From assembly GCA_951406725.2 (NCBI GenBank), contig OX597822.1, forward strand, positions 89,342,001 to 89,406,000: DNA of 64,000 nt, in the 5' to 3' direction. This document shows, in pieces, positions 1 through 11,061 of the stretch. Within the stretch, counting starts at the first letter, position 1. The number at the start of each line of letters is the position of its first letter. The position numbers and the translations under genes are program-made. The notes under the pieces were generated by a model that was given only the letters and a program-made list of their open reading frames with translations, did not search any database and was not told where the DNA came from. Source of the stretch: Octopus vulgaris (Eukaryota).

Positions 1-799
1 AGAGGTCAGTGACAGTATGAAAGAAGGACAATCTTCCCTGGTCATTGCCTTGGGTGACTGGTCCCACTGTATCCATTGGCCCTAGTGGATAAGCCCTACT
101 ACCTTCACCTGATAATCCTCTGTTGAATCATGGATCCTTTGCACTATGAGTTCTCTCTTGTTCCTTAACATTGCTTTAATACCATTCATTCTGGGAAATT
201 GCAGATTGGATTAAATCTATTCCAATACTTAACTGATGCTTATTTAGTATGGAGTAGGAAAGATAAGACCACTCTGCTGGGTTTGAACACACAACATAAA
301 TGGATGTGAATAAATACCAATTCTACTGTCCACCACCCTTTTTAATTAAATGCAGCCATATACATTCACTCAAAAATGGTAGAAAGTGTTTATGTAGCTT
401 CTTTGGCAAAGTAACTCTGCACTTACCTTTTTTTTTCATCTGAAATGTTAGTGAAAATTTCTTGAAAAAGCTTCCTAATAACCCATAAGTCAATATTACA
501 TCTCCCTTTGAGAAAAATGTATAGGGAAATTATTTTATTCCATCATTCCTTTCAGCACCAACCCTCCCTCTCATAACATTACAAAAAAATTTTCCAGTAT
601 TAAAATTAGAATTGATAATGATCTTAATAAGATACTGAGACCATCATGAACAAAAGTTCATCAGTTGAAAGTCATATATTTCTAGTATAAGATATTGATG
701 CTTTCTGGAATTGATTGAACTATATCTGAGGAGAAAATACAACTAAAGATTTGACTAAACGAAGTAATCTAATTCATATAAATAGATAGATGGATAGAA

Positions 800-835
<36 letters not shown>
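800..835. repeat. (GT)n(GA)n microsatellite
   Basis: Directly visible dinucleotide run. Confidence 0.95.
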
Positions 836-1039
836 TTTTATTTGCTTGGATCAAGAAATTATAATTTAGAATGTAAGATCTTCATTCCAAAAATCCAGAT
901 CCATGGTCCTTACTATTTATTTCCACTATATCTCTACATTGGATTGTCTTATTTCTGTAAATATGTTCTGACTGTTGCTTGTTTATAGTCAAGTAATTTT
1001 TCTCCAGTAATTTTCATATATACACTTCTTTGTCCCTCA

Positions 1040-1066
1040 TGTCTTATGTTGTCTTTTTATTTCAGG
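1040..1066 (+). promoter_or_regulatory. Candidate 3' splice acceptor of the ZNF-1 coding exon
   Basis: TGTCTTATGTTGTCTTTTTATTTCAG|GTTATC with AG at 1064-1065. The context resembles the acceptors upstream of ZNF-2 and ZNF-4. Confidence 0.6.
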
Positions 1067-1494
1067 TTATCTGGCAAGAAACATGGTAATAAAAATGATT
1101 TCACTGAAGAGGAACAATGTATTTGTTTACTTTGGAAGACTAAAGTTAACTTCATCGAGCTGATGCTAACCTGTATTTACAACTCTTAGTCGAATGGATG
1201 CAAAATATTTCCTATTTATAATGTTCTATCTGCCTTATATGTTAATATTTGCATATCCAGATGTATCTTGATATTTGGAACTTCCTTAATTACTGATTAT
1301 TAATTACAACATTGTATCCAAATAAATCTACCATTTAAAAGTATTCCTAAACTTCTGAGATATAAACAGTCTTTGATAAAGACCACCATATAGAAAAAAT
1401 GTAGTCATAGAAATATTTTTGTTACAAACTACAAAGAAAACAGAGAAAAAGTTACAAGAAATCATTTTTTATTTTTAAGTTAAAAGAGAAAATT

Positions 1495-2439
1495 ATGGTT
1501 TTCAATGAATCACAGATTGAAATTATTGATCTGACTGATCAAATAGAAGACAATGCAGAAGAGAAATCACACAGGTGTGATATCTGTGAGGAATTATTCA
1601 CAACAAGAAATAATTTAATTCAACATAAATTAATTCACTCAGTATCCAAACTGTATCACTGTCATGTTTGTAGTAAAACATTCACTAATAGTAGTTTCTT
1701 ATCTCAACATAAACGCATTCACACAGGAGAGAAACCATACCACTGTAATATGTGTGATAAAACATTCTCTCAAAATAGTAATTTATCTACCCACAAACGT
1801 ATTCACATACGAGAGAAACCATATCACTGTGATATCTGTGGGAAAACATTCTCTCAAAGTGGTGGCTTGTCTTATCATAAGCGTATTCATACCGGAGAAA
1901 AACCTTATCACTGTGATATCTGTGGTAAAACATTCTCCAACGGTGGTGGTTTGTCCTCTCATAAACGTATTCACACAGGAGAGAAACCATATCACTGTGA
2001 TATCTGTGGGAAAACATTTTCTCATAGTAGTGGTTTGTCTTACCATAAGCTTGTCCATTCAGGTGAAAAACTATACCATTGTGATATCTGTAGTAAAGCA
2101 TTCTCAAATAGATATAATTTATCTCTCCACAAACATATCCATACAGGAGAGAAACCATACCACTGTAACATTTGTGGTAAATCATTCTCTCAAAATAGTA
2201 ATTTGTCCACCCACAAAAATATCCACACAGGTGTGAAACCATACCACTGTGATATTTGTGGGAAAACATTCTTTCAAAATAATAATTTATCTAGGCACAA
2301 AAGTATTCACACAGGAGAGAAATCATACCACTGCAATATCTGTGGTAAAAGATTCTCTCAGATAAATACTTCAGCTACCCACAACTGCATTCATACTGGT
2401 GAGGAACCATACTGCCACGATGAGAGTTTTTCAATATGA
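1495..2439 (+). CDS. C2H2 zinc-finger protein (ZNF-1), 314 aa, 10 tandem fingers
   Basis: Intact ORF with ten CxxC-x12-HxxxH motifs, mostly joined by TGEKPY linkers. Short acidic N-terminus, no effector domain. Confidence 0.92.
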   Translation: MVFNESQIEIIDLTDQIEDNAEEKSHRCDICEELFTTRNNLIQHKLIHSVSKLYHCHVCSKTFTNSSFLSQHKRIHTGEKPYHCNMCDKTFSQNSNLSTHKRIHIREKPYHCDICGKTFSQSGGLSYHKRIHTGEKPYHCDICGKTFSNGGGLSSHKRIHTGEKPYHCDICGKTFSHSSGLSYHKLVHSGEKLYHCDICSKAFSNRYNLSLHKHIHTGEKPYHCNICGKSFSQNSNLSTHKNIHTGVKPYHCDICGKTFFQNNNLSRHKSIHTGEKSYHCNICGKRFSQINTSATHNCIHTGEEPYCHDESFSI

Positions 2440-2509
2440 TTTGATAATATATAATATTTAAATTAAAATGTAATGTGAACTGGTGATATTTTAATATTGA
2501 ACAACTGAT

Positions 2510-2722
2510 AAGGCGGTGAGCTAGCAGGAATGTTAGCATGCCGGGTAAAATGCTTAGCGATATTTCGGCTGTCTTTATGTTCTGAGTTCAAATTCTGCTG
2601 AAGTTGACTTTGCCTTTCATCCTTTTGAGGTTGATAAATTAAGTACCAGTTGGATACTGGGATCAGTCTAATTGACTGGCCTCCTCCCCCAAAATTTTGG
2701 ATCTTGTGCCTAGAGTAGAAAA
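2510..2722 (+). mobile_element. tRNA-derived SINE (family B) in the ZNF-1 3' UTR
   Basis: GGCGGTGAGCTAGCAGGAA head and box-B-like GAGTTCAAATTC. Perfect 18-bp TSD TAATATTGAACAACTGAT at 2492-2509 and 2723-2740. Confidence 0.85.
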
Positions 2723-3309
2723 TAATATTGAACAACTGATGGCTGAAATAAATGATCAAGAAAACCTATTTAGAATTATATTTGTTTTTGCTTTTTTTAA
2801 TTTAATGCTGATATTGGTTTTTACTGCATTGAATAACCATTCTTTTTGATCATGTTATATTATCTGTAAGGCCTTTCATTCTCTCCATTTAGATTTCCCT
2901 GCTCCTTTCTTGACCTGTTTCCACTATAAACATCATTTGTCAGGTTAAAGCACTTTTTCACCCTGCAGATGTCTAGATATGGACATCTAATGCTAAATAC
3001 ATTTACTACCCAGTCTCTTCTTCAGATCAACTGTGCTCTACCTGTTATGAAAGTTAACATTACATATCCTATAGGTTCTACTCAACTAACTTGCTTTACT
3101 TGCTGCAATGCAGTACTTCTACTTTCACTACAATACATCATCAAGGTTCTTACACATTCTTCATTAGAGTTTGCACTTTGAAAAAAAAAAAAGAGAGAAA
3201 TCCTTTATTGCCAGCAAATATAACTTCTTCCATCCTGTTCTCATTCTTACTATCAGGTCATTTCATAAGTAACGTCTGGATTTTAAATATGGAAAACAAG
3301 TGATCAAAT

Positions 3310-3850
3310 CTTACATTTTAATGAAACTTAATCATCAATATAGTTTCCATGATATCTATGACATCTTTCCATCTACTCATAAGCGTTTTAATCTTATTTG
3401 TGAAAAACTCTTTCAGTTTCAAAGAGAACTCTGAAAGGTCAGTTTCAATTCCTCAGTTGTTTCGAGAATTAATCCGTCCAAATGATTCTGTAAACTACAG
3501 AACAAATGGTAATGTGAAGGAGCAAGGTCTGGGGAATAAGGTGGATGAGCAATTTTCTCTTAGCCAAGTTCCTTGACCTTCTGCAATATGATTTTGCAGT
3601 ATAGGGTCTTGCATTGTCTTGATGAAACACCACTCACTTTTAATTAACTAAAGCTGGCCTTTTTTCCCTTCAAAGCAGCATTCAAATGCTCTAATTGCTG
3701 ACAGTAGATTTGAGCATTGATTATTGCATTAGTTGGTAGCAACCCAAAGTGGATGACTCCTTCGCAATCCCACTAAACAAAGAGAAAAACCTTCTTTGCA
3801 TAGAGTTGGCTTTTTGGCTGTGGTTTGGCCTTTTCCTCTTCACCAAGCCA
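3310..3850 (-). mobile_element. Decayed mariner (Mos1-like) transposase C-terminal fragment
   Basis: Minus strand gives interrupted WDCEGVIHF, KRPALVN and FHQDNARP motifs typical of mariner transposases. Confidence 0.7.
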
Positions 3851-3854
3851 ATGG

Positions 3855-4672
3855 CTTGGAAATGCCATTATGAAAGACTGCTGAACGTGGAGAATGAATT
3901 GGAGGAGAGTCTGCCAAATGTTGACCCAATTCAGGGACCAGCTACCCGATTCAACAGTACTTTGGTAGATAAAGCAATTATGGATATGAAGACAGGGAAA
4001 GCTCCCAGTCCATCAGGAATCACTGCTGAGATGCTTAAAATATCTAGCGTTGTGGGTTATAGTCTAGTCACCTATATTGTAAATCAGGTGATTCAAAAAG
4101 TCATACCCAATGACTGGTGTAGCAGCACCATAGTCAACTGCTACAAAGGTAAAGGTGACGTCTTAGACAGGAATAATTACAGAGGTATCAAATTGTTGGA
4201 TCAGGTGATGTAAGTTACGGAGGGAGAGAGTTAGCCTAGATGAGATGCGGTTTGGTTTTGAGCCAGGTAGAAGCACTACAGATGCTATATTTCTGGTAAG
4301 ACAGCTGCAGGAGACATACATAGTTAAAGATAAACCTCTGTACTTGGCCCTTGTTGGCTTGGAGAAAGCCTTTGATAGGGTCCCCTGATCCACTATCTGA
4401 TGTTCTATGTGGAAACTAGGGATAAATAAGTGGTTGGTGAGAGCTGTACAAGCCATGTACAGGGATGTTACCATTAAGATGAGGATTGGCAATGAGTATA
4501 GCGAAGAATTCAGAGTAGAAGTAGGGGTTCACCAAAGCTTAGTGCTCAGCCCCCTCTTATTCATCATAGTACTCCAGGCAATAACAGAAAAATGCAAGAT
4601 AGGCTGCCCTTGGGAGCTCCTCTATGCTGATGAACTGGCTCTTATAGCTGAATCACTACCTGAACTAGAGGA
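3855..4672 (+). mobile_element. RTE-clade LINE reverse transcriptase fragment (frameshifted)
   Basis: MKTGKAPSPSGI, YKGKGD..NYRGIKLL, GVHQ..LSPLLF and LLYADEL motifs spread over several frames. Confidence 0.9.
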
Positions 4673-4744
4673 GTTTACACATTCTCATCTATCTATCTAT
4701 ATACATATATATATACATATAGATAGATAGGTATATATATATAA

Positions 4745-5392
4745 GTTGTGTGGTTAAGTTTGCTTTCCAACATAGTGTTTAGGTTTACTCCTACTGCATG
4801 GTATAGCTTTGTTAGGCTATACACAAACAAACTAGTGGTGACGAGAATACATTTACCAAAGGTTTATTACTTTAGGTACATCAGGGCTTAAGTCCTCTGT
4901 TATTTTTGTATAGTTCACTCAGATTCATTCCACGTTTACTGCTGACATTCTTCTGTTTTCATTCTCCTCCCAGAAGTCTCTTTCTTTCCTGCTGACCAAC
5001 TTCCTAGCTAGCCCACAGCAAAGTATCTATCTACAGTTTTTCTGTCACGAATCCTTCCCTACAATGGCACCTTAGGCAAGAGTCTTGTACTATAGCCACA
5101 GGCTGACCAAGACCTTGGGAATGGATTTGGTAGATGGAAACTGAAAGAAATCCATTGTGTGTGTGCATGCGTGTCTTTGTTGTCTCATTGTGTGATAATT
5201 GTAAATGACTGTCACCCAAACAGTGTCCTTTGTTTTTAATCTGTGAAAATATGTGTGGCCTTAAGGAAATATTACCTTGTTTGGGAACAGGTGAAGGTTA
5301 ACAACAGGAAAGGCACCTAACTGTAAAAAAATCAGCCTCAATGAATTATATCTGATCAATGCAAGCAAGGACATGAAAAGGACAATGATGAT
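4745..5392 (+). mobile_element. Diverged tRNA-derived SINE (family A head, RTE-type 3' tail) interrupted by a solo LTR
   Basis: Matches the SINE-A head (CACCTT.GGCAAG...GGATTTGGTAGA.GGAAACTGAAAGAA) and ends in GATGATG. Split at 4801/5064. Confidence 0.7.
4802..5063 (-). mobile_element. Probable solo LTR (262 bp)
   Basis: Ends TATAG...CTACA (degenerate TGTAG/CTACA) with a 4-bp TSD ATGG (4798-4801, 5064-5067). AATAAA on the minus strand. Confidence 0.6.
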
Positions 5393-5504
5393 GTGTGTGT
5401 ATATGCATACATATATATATAAATACATACACATACACACATATACATACATATATAATATATACATATACATATATATATATATATGCATATATATATA
5501 TATA
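5393..5504. repeat. (TA)n/(CA)n compound microsatellite
   Basis: Directly visible. Confidence 0.9.
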
Positions 5505-5992
5505 GGTATAAGTTAGAGGTGTTTAATACCTCTAAGGGATGGTTAAATCCAAAGGCGCTCCTGGTGATTACTTGTGTAGGTACAGTCCTTGGTAAAAGGT
5601 ATATGGTAGCAGGTAATTCAGCAGGTAAACCATAGTTTAAATTATATGCAAGAATAAACACATGGAAAATATGTGCTTAGTTAAACTTGGGACTACAGAT
5701 CAAAATAACCTCCACCCTACATCCACTTCATAGCAGAATTAACAACTAAGATATCTACTATAACGTAAGACTCGCCATTCTTTGTTGTTATTCTCGTTAC
5801 CAATGTATCCCTGTCTTTCACTCTTCTTACCTCTACATTCTAATGATATCTTCCACTACAACTGGTAAACAGAAACGATCGTAAATGTACTATTACTACC
5901 ACTTTTCTTTATTAATTAATTAAATTAATGGCTTACTAGTGCAAACAACCAACTTCTTCCTGTTATTTTTCCTCCATTTTCTTCTTGCATCT

Positions 5993-6648
5993 ATCATCAT
6001 CATCGTTTAACGTCCACTTTCCATGCTAGCATGGGTTGGACGGTTCAACTGGGGTCTGGCAAGCCCGAAGGCTGCACCAGGCCAGTCAGATCTGGCAGTG
6101 TTTCTACAGCTGGATGCCCTTCCTAACGCCAACCACTCCGAGAGTGTTGTGGGTGATTTTATGTGCCACCGACACAGGTGCCAGACGAGGCTGGCAGACG
6201 GCCACGCTCGGATGGTGCTTTTTATGTGCCACCGACACAGGTGGCAGACGGCCACGCTCGGATGGTGTTTTCTTATGTGTCACCGACACAGGTGCCAGAC
6301 GAGGCTGGCGAACGGCCACGCTCGGATAGTGTTTGTTACGTGCCCTCAGCACGGAGGCCAGTCGATGCGGTACTGGCTACGGTCACGTTCGGATGGTTTT
6401 CTTATGTGCCACCGGCACTGGTACCACAAGGATACAAATTCCATTGATGTTCATCTATTTTGATTTGGTTTGATTTGATTTGATTTTCACTTGCCTCAAT
6501 AGGTCTTCACAAGTGTCACAAGAAGGAAGGTATGCACAGGTGGACTGACTACGTCCCAGGTAGGGCCCACGGGTTATGGCTTCACTAGTCTAGCCGGGTC
6601 TTCTCACGCACAGCATACTTCCATAGGTCTCGGTCTCTAGTCATTTCC
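5993..6648 (-). mobile_element. 5'-truncated RTE LINE 3' end with internal tandem repeats
   Basis: Last codons EMTRDRDLWKYAVREKTR, a 3' UTR with repeated TGCCACCGACACAGGTG...CCACGCTCGGATGGTG units, and a (GAT)n tail. Confidence 0.85.
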
Positions 6649-6679
<31 letters not shown>

Positions 6680-6799
6680 CTGTGAACTTTATTTGCCTGT
6701 CTGTATTCTTCTATCTACTGTTTTACTCTTTATTCTTCAACTATTTTATTCTTTTATAAACTGTGAATTCCCTGTCTAAAACTTTCATACATACTTACG

Positions 6800-6880
6800 T
6801 TGTAACTGATGACGGAATACCCTGTGTACGTAGATGCTAACCTATCACTTGGGATATCCTAGATACAGCTGTAAGATATC
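6800..6880 (+). ncRNA. Degenerate type I hammerhead-ribozyme-like motif (Penelope pLTR type)
   Basis: CTGATGA (6806-6812), stem II GGAATACCC...GGGATATCC, GATA in place of GAAA, palindromic stem III ACAGCTGT, GTA triplet. Confidence 0.5.
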
Positions 6881-7692
6881 CAATAATCAATTAAACTAAC
6901 TAATTAATTAATTACCTCAAAGTCACCTAACTCTAATTAAATATTGTAAATGACTTGAGATACTCGTCCTACCTTGGTTTTTGTTTCCTCTAATATATAC
7001 CTGCTAATTTGAAAGTCTAGCTCCAACCTCAGTTGTGAACTTGAAACCTAATGGATGACCAATTATAGCACTTACACAGCATACCTATTCTTTTAGATAA
7101 CCAGTGAACTAAACCCCTCATGTTCTATGTATATATTCTCTATATGTGTATAGAAGTATGAAGAGGGGTTTATTCATAAGAACAGTTTCATGTTTTCCTA
7201 TTTCTAATAGAATTCCACTATCTTCTCAATTTCTGTTTTACATATTTAACCCATTTCCCATACGGCACTAGAATTTTCTCTTACTATCTTGTACCTAAAT
7301 CTTTTCTTTCTTTTTGTTTTTATTATTAACAAACAGACAACAACATTTATTAAACCAACTTATCACACTTTAAATTATGACATTTAAATACAAAGAAATA
7401 GGAAAAGGAAAAAAAAGTGGGAGTTAAGCAGCAAAAGATGGAGGGGAGAGGCAACAGACCACATCCCACAGAACAAATGGTGTGCTCAGCTGCACTTCAC
7501 AGTCATGATCCTGATGGTGTTGCTGCAGTGAATGGCCAGCAATACTCACTATAGCAGCTGATCCACCTCGCAGGGTTCATTTCTCAGATGGACTGCTGTT
7601 ATCCCAATTTTGTGGAGGTAATTGGTAGTGCAAGGCCCAAGATAACTGACGTTTCAATAGTGACAGGCACCTACTAATAGTGACCTTGTATA

Positions 7693-8528
7693 CAGGGTGG
7701 GTGAAAAGTAAGTAGGCTTTAAAAATTGGTTATAAAATCCATAATCCTCTTACAAATTTACTGAAACAAATGATACATGTTCTTTACTACATGGGAAAAT
7801 GAAAGTAAATCTTCATATTTCAACATAAGCACCAGTGGCATCAACCAGTTTCCACAAACGGCCAGGGATGGAATGAACAACTTTCTGAAGGACATCATCT
7901 TGGATATCATTAAGAACCTCCTGAATCCGTGTCTCTATGTCCTCCAGTGTGTGAGGTTTTGTCTTGTACACCTCTTTTGTATAACCCCACAGGTAAAAAT
8001 CTCATAGAGTGAGATTTGGACTTCTGCAGTCACGGTCTTCGGGTTTTAGCTCCTGCATGTAATGGGGTTTCTGTGAACAAAAATCCAGTTCTTTATGCAA
8101 CACCAAACGTATTGTGTGTCTTGTTTGTCCACTTTCATGAGCTGCTTGGCGTGTTGATTTTTGCAGGCTTCGATTAAATATTTCCTGCATTGTTGCCACA
8201 TTCTCCGCTGATCGGGATGTGGCTGGACGCCACTTCTTGTATTGTTCACAGAGCCTGTGGTCATCAGCTTTGCATGACCTTTTGGACTTAGTGGTGCATG
8301 CTTACCTTCCCATGCACGAGATCATCTCTGAACCAAAACAATGGAATTCAACACTTCATAGTGTGCTGCTATCTTAGCTCACTCCTGAACAGTCAAGTGA
8401 CTGGTCATCTGGAAAATAAGAAATCCCCATTAGTGTTGTCTGTTTAAAAAATAATTTTGTGATGGCTTCAGTGATACTAAAACTTCTATAAGCAATTTCT
8501 AATGCCTAGTTACTTTCTACCCACACTG
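7693..8528 (-). mobile_element. Internally deleted Tc1/mariner-superfamily element
   Basis: Imperfect TIRs CAGGGTGGGTGAAAAGTAAGTAGGC / GCCTAGTTACTTTCTACCCACACTG with TA on both sides. Transposase remnant RS.QKSTRQAA...KPHYMQELKPED jumps directly to the RSPNLT..DF.LWG region. Confidence 0.85.
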
Positions 8529-8546
8529 TAGACTGACATTGTGATA

Positions 8547-8934
8547 TCTTTATATATAAAAGTCAAGTTGTGTGTCTGTCTCCTACAATTTAGATTCCTA
8601 ACTACTCCCACATTTTGCGGTGCAGTTTAATCAAAACCGAGTATCTTATAGTCGTGATTCATATCGAGCTCTTCTGGGTATTAGCGCGCGTCTACAATGA
8701 GTCTACGATTTAAAAAAAAATTTACCATAATTTTTTTCCATTTTAATGCATTTTTTCCGCTATTATATAAGGGAAGTAACTCTCTAAAAATGTCTACGAT
8801 GAGTCAACGATTTAAAAAAAAATTTACCATCGTTTTTTTTCCATTTTTAATGCATTTTTTGGCTATAACTCTCTAAAAATGCTTATATAGTTATTTCCCT
8901 TACAAATCCGAGCAACGCCGGGCGATACTGCTAG
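8547..8934 (+). mobile_element. Non-autonomous Helitron
   Basis: Ends A|TC...CTAG|T with no TSD. Subterminal hairpin CCGAGCAACGCCGGG and an internal ~65-bp direct repeat. Confidence 0.85.
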
Positions 8935-10107
8935 TCTTCAGATAAAATCAATATTGTTGGTGTCTGGTACTGTAACTTTTGTTGCTCTCTTAAAACCTTG
9001 TCAAAACTGGATCCAGAAGCAGAAATTGAATAACTGAAAATGCAACTAAGAGTGCAGAGAAAACGAGCTAAAGTTATATGTTCTCTCCCTCTCACTGGAC
9101 ATGGTTAGATGAATAAGGGCTTTAACGAAAGTGTGGTGTCAGCCTTGGTATACTCAGAGAATGTATATTAAAGACTGGTTCAGCATTATCAGGGAATACT
9201 GTAAGGAAAAAATTTGGTATGTTTGAACCAATGAATCCATGAGTCAATGTCTTGAGGTGCTTTGTTTTGTATTTCAAATTAGTGAAGTACCTCTGTGGAG
9301 AAAGAGGAAATACAATTGAGGAATAGTGGTTTTTGGAGACTAAAGACTTACAGAAAAATACCAACAGCAGATCAGCCATATTGAATGAGAGTTTGATGCT
9401 AGTTTCAACCACTAAGTTAGGACAGATATTTAGTATTACTAAGTGTGGTAATTACGGTTAGTGAGTTATGGGTTCATTTACATTTAGTATTGTAATATCA
9501 AATATTCTAAGAAAATAGTTGCTACAAAACTGTAGAGTTTCACTTTTTGGGTTTGTCTGCGAAATAATAAATCAACAGAAAATTGATATCAATAACCTGT
9601 CTTGGTCAGATCAGTGAACAACATATGACAATATTAGGTGAACTTCTGCATTATACTATCAAATACTGCATTTTCTTGATCCTTTTCACGGGAATACTAT
9701 CAAAGCATTAACTGAGAATGGAAGACAATGAGGACAAGGCTCTCTTTTGGACCACGAAGAGGCCAAAAGAGTATTTTTTTAAGAGCCATCTTACAGAATA
9801 CTGATAGAGATTGACTGAGAATGGTTTCTCTGATGTCTAGTCTCTCAGCAATCTCAGTCTTGAGACATTGCCTAATTTCTTGAGTTGTAAATGTAACTTT
9901 CTTTCCTTTTATCTAATCTATGACCCTTGAAAAGAATTACATTGTTTGTCATTCATATCTTTACTGAATTATTGGTTCTTTATGCTGCAGTTATGAGAAA
10001 AAAAAGTTATCTAACCTTATGAGATGAAGAGATATCATGAAACCTATCTCAATACAAAAAATTATTCTATCTGATTATGATTGATAAATAACAGAACTTT
10101 TTTTTAA

Positions 10108-10256
10108 TGTGTTTTCCATGCTGGCATGGGTTAGTTTGACTAGAAAGTTGCACCACGCTCCTGCCTATTTTGGCTAGGCTTCTATGGCTGGATGTCCTTC
10201 CTAATGTTAACCACTCCACAGAGTGTACTGGGTGTCTTTTACATGTCACCGGCACT
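10108..10256 (-). mobile_element. Short RTE 3'-tail fragment
   Basis: TTTTCCATGCTGGCATGGGTT...GGATGTCCTTCCTAATG matches the other RTE tails in the window. Confidence 0.7.
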
Positions 10257-11061
10257 GAATATCAATTTTTTTTTTTACTGAAAACAAATTAAAATACTCA
10301 CCAGCCAGTGCTAAACAAACAACTTACTGCTGAGACTGAATCTAATTCACAATTATAGCTGGGAGTAAACATTTTCTGCATCAAATGTAATACTAGGTCA
10401 CTGCTTGATTACATATACTTTATAATAGAAGATACATTGCTTATATTAACAAAAGTAATCTTGACTAAAAGCAAAATCCACCATCATTTTGGAATTTTTG
10501 GAAACAATGTATGTTGATCTATATTATGCAATATGTACTTTTTCTTTTAAGACAGAAGCATGTGACTGGATAGAGATTTGGTTGCTAGTTCTAGCAGATA
10601 GATTGACTACATAGAGGTTCTTATTTTGGTATGAGTTGGATTTTGTTTTAAACCCTTTCACATTTATATTACTTTGTTAAATGTAATGTTTTGAATTCAG
10701 CAGGCCCAAGAAGGGTATCAATAACAGTTGTTTGTAACTTCAATTTTTTATGCACAGATTTATAATTTTGTTAGCAGGTATGATGTACAGTTTTATTTTT
10801 ACCTGATATTAAAAAAAAATCAAATTTGACTTCTATTGACAGGTGAAATTAACAGGTATAAAATCAATGACTATGGATAAACACTAGTATTGAATCTTCA
10901 CCTGTCTTACCTGTTTGCTTTGTTATTAAAATAATCCAACAATGACTCAGATGCTGTTTTTTTTTTTTTTTTTTGGTTATTTCTCTTCTACTTTTCGTAA
11001 ATCTTTGGGTGTAATTCCTTCAAAGTTAGAATCACCGAATACTGAAGTCATGTTGGTAATT

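Noticed and set aside
1664-2269. Long alternative-frame and antisense ORFs over ZNF-1 (likewise 30667-31258 and 47786-48016)
   Set aside because: Shadow ORFs produced by the 84-bp finger periodicity, with no independent coding signal.
3749-4213. 154-aa ORF as a novel gene
   Set aside because: Chance join of antisense mariner sequence to an RTE RT fragment, with a non-ATG start.
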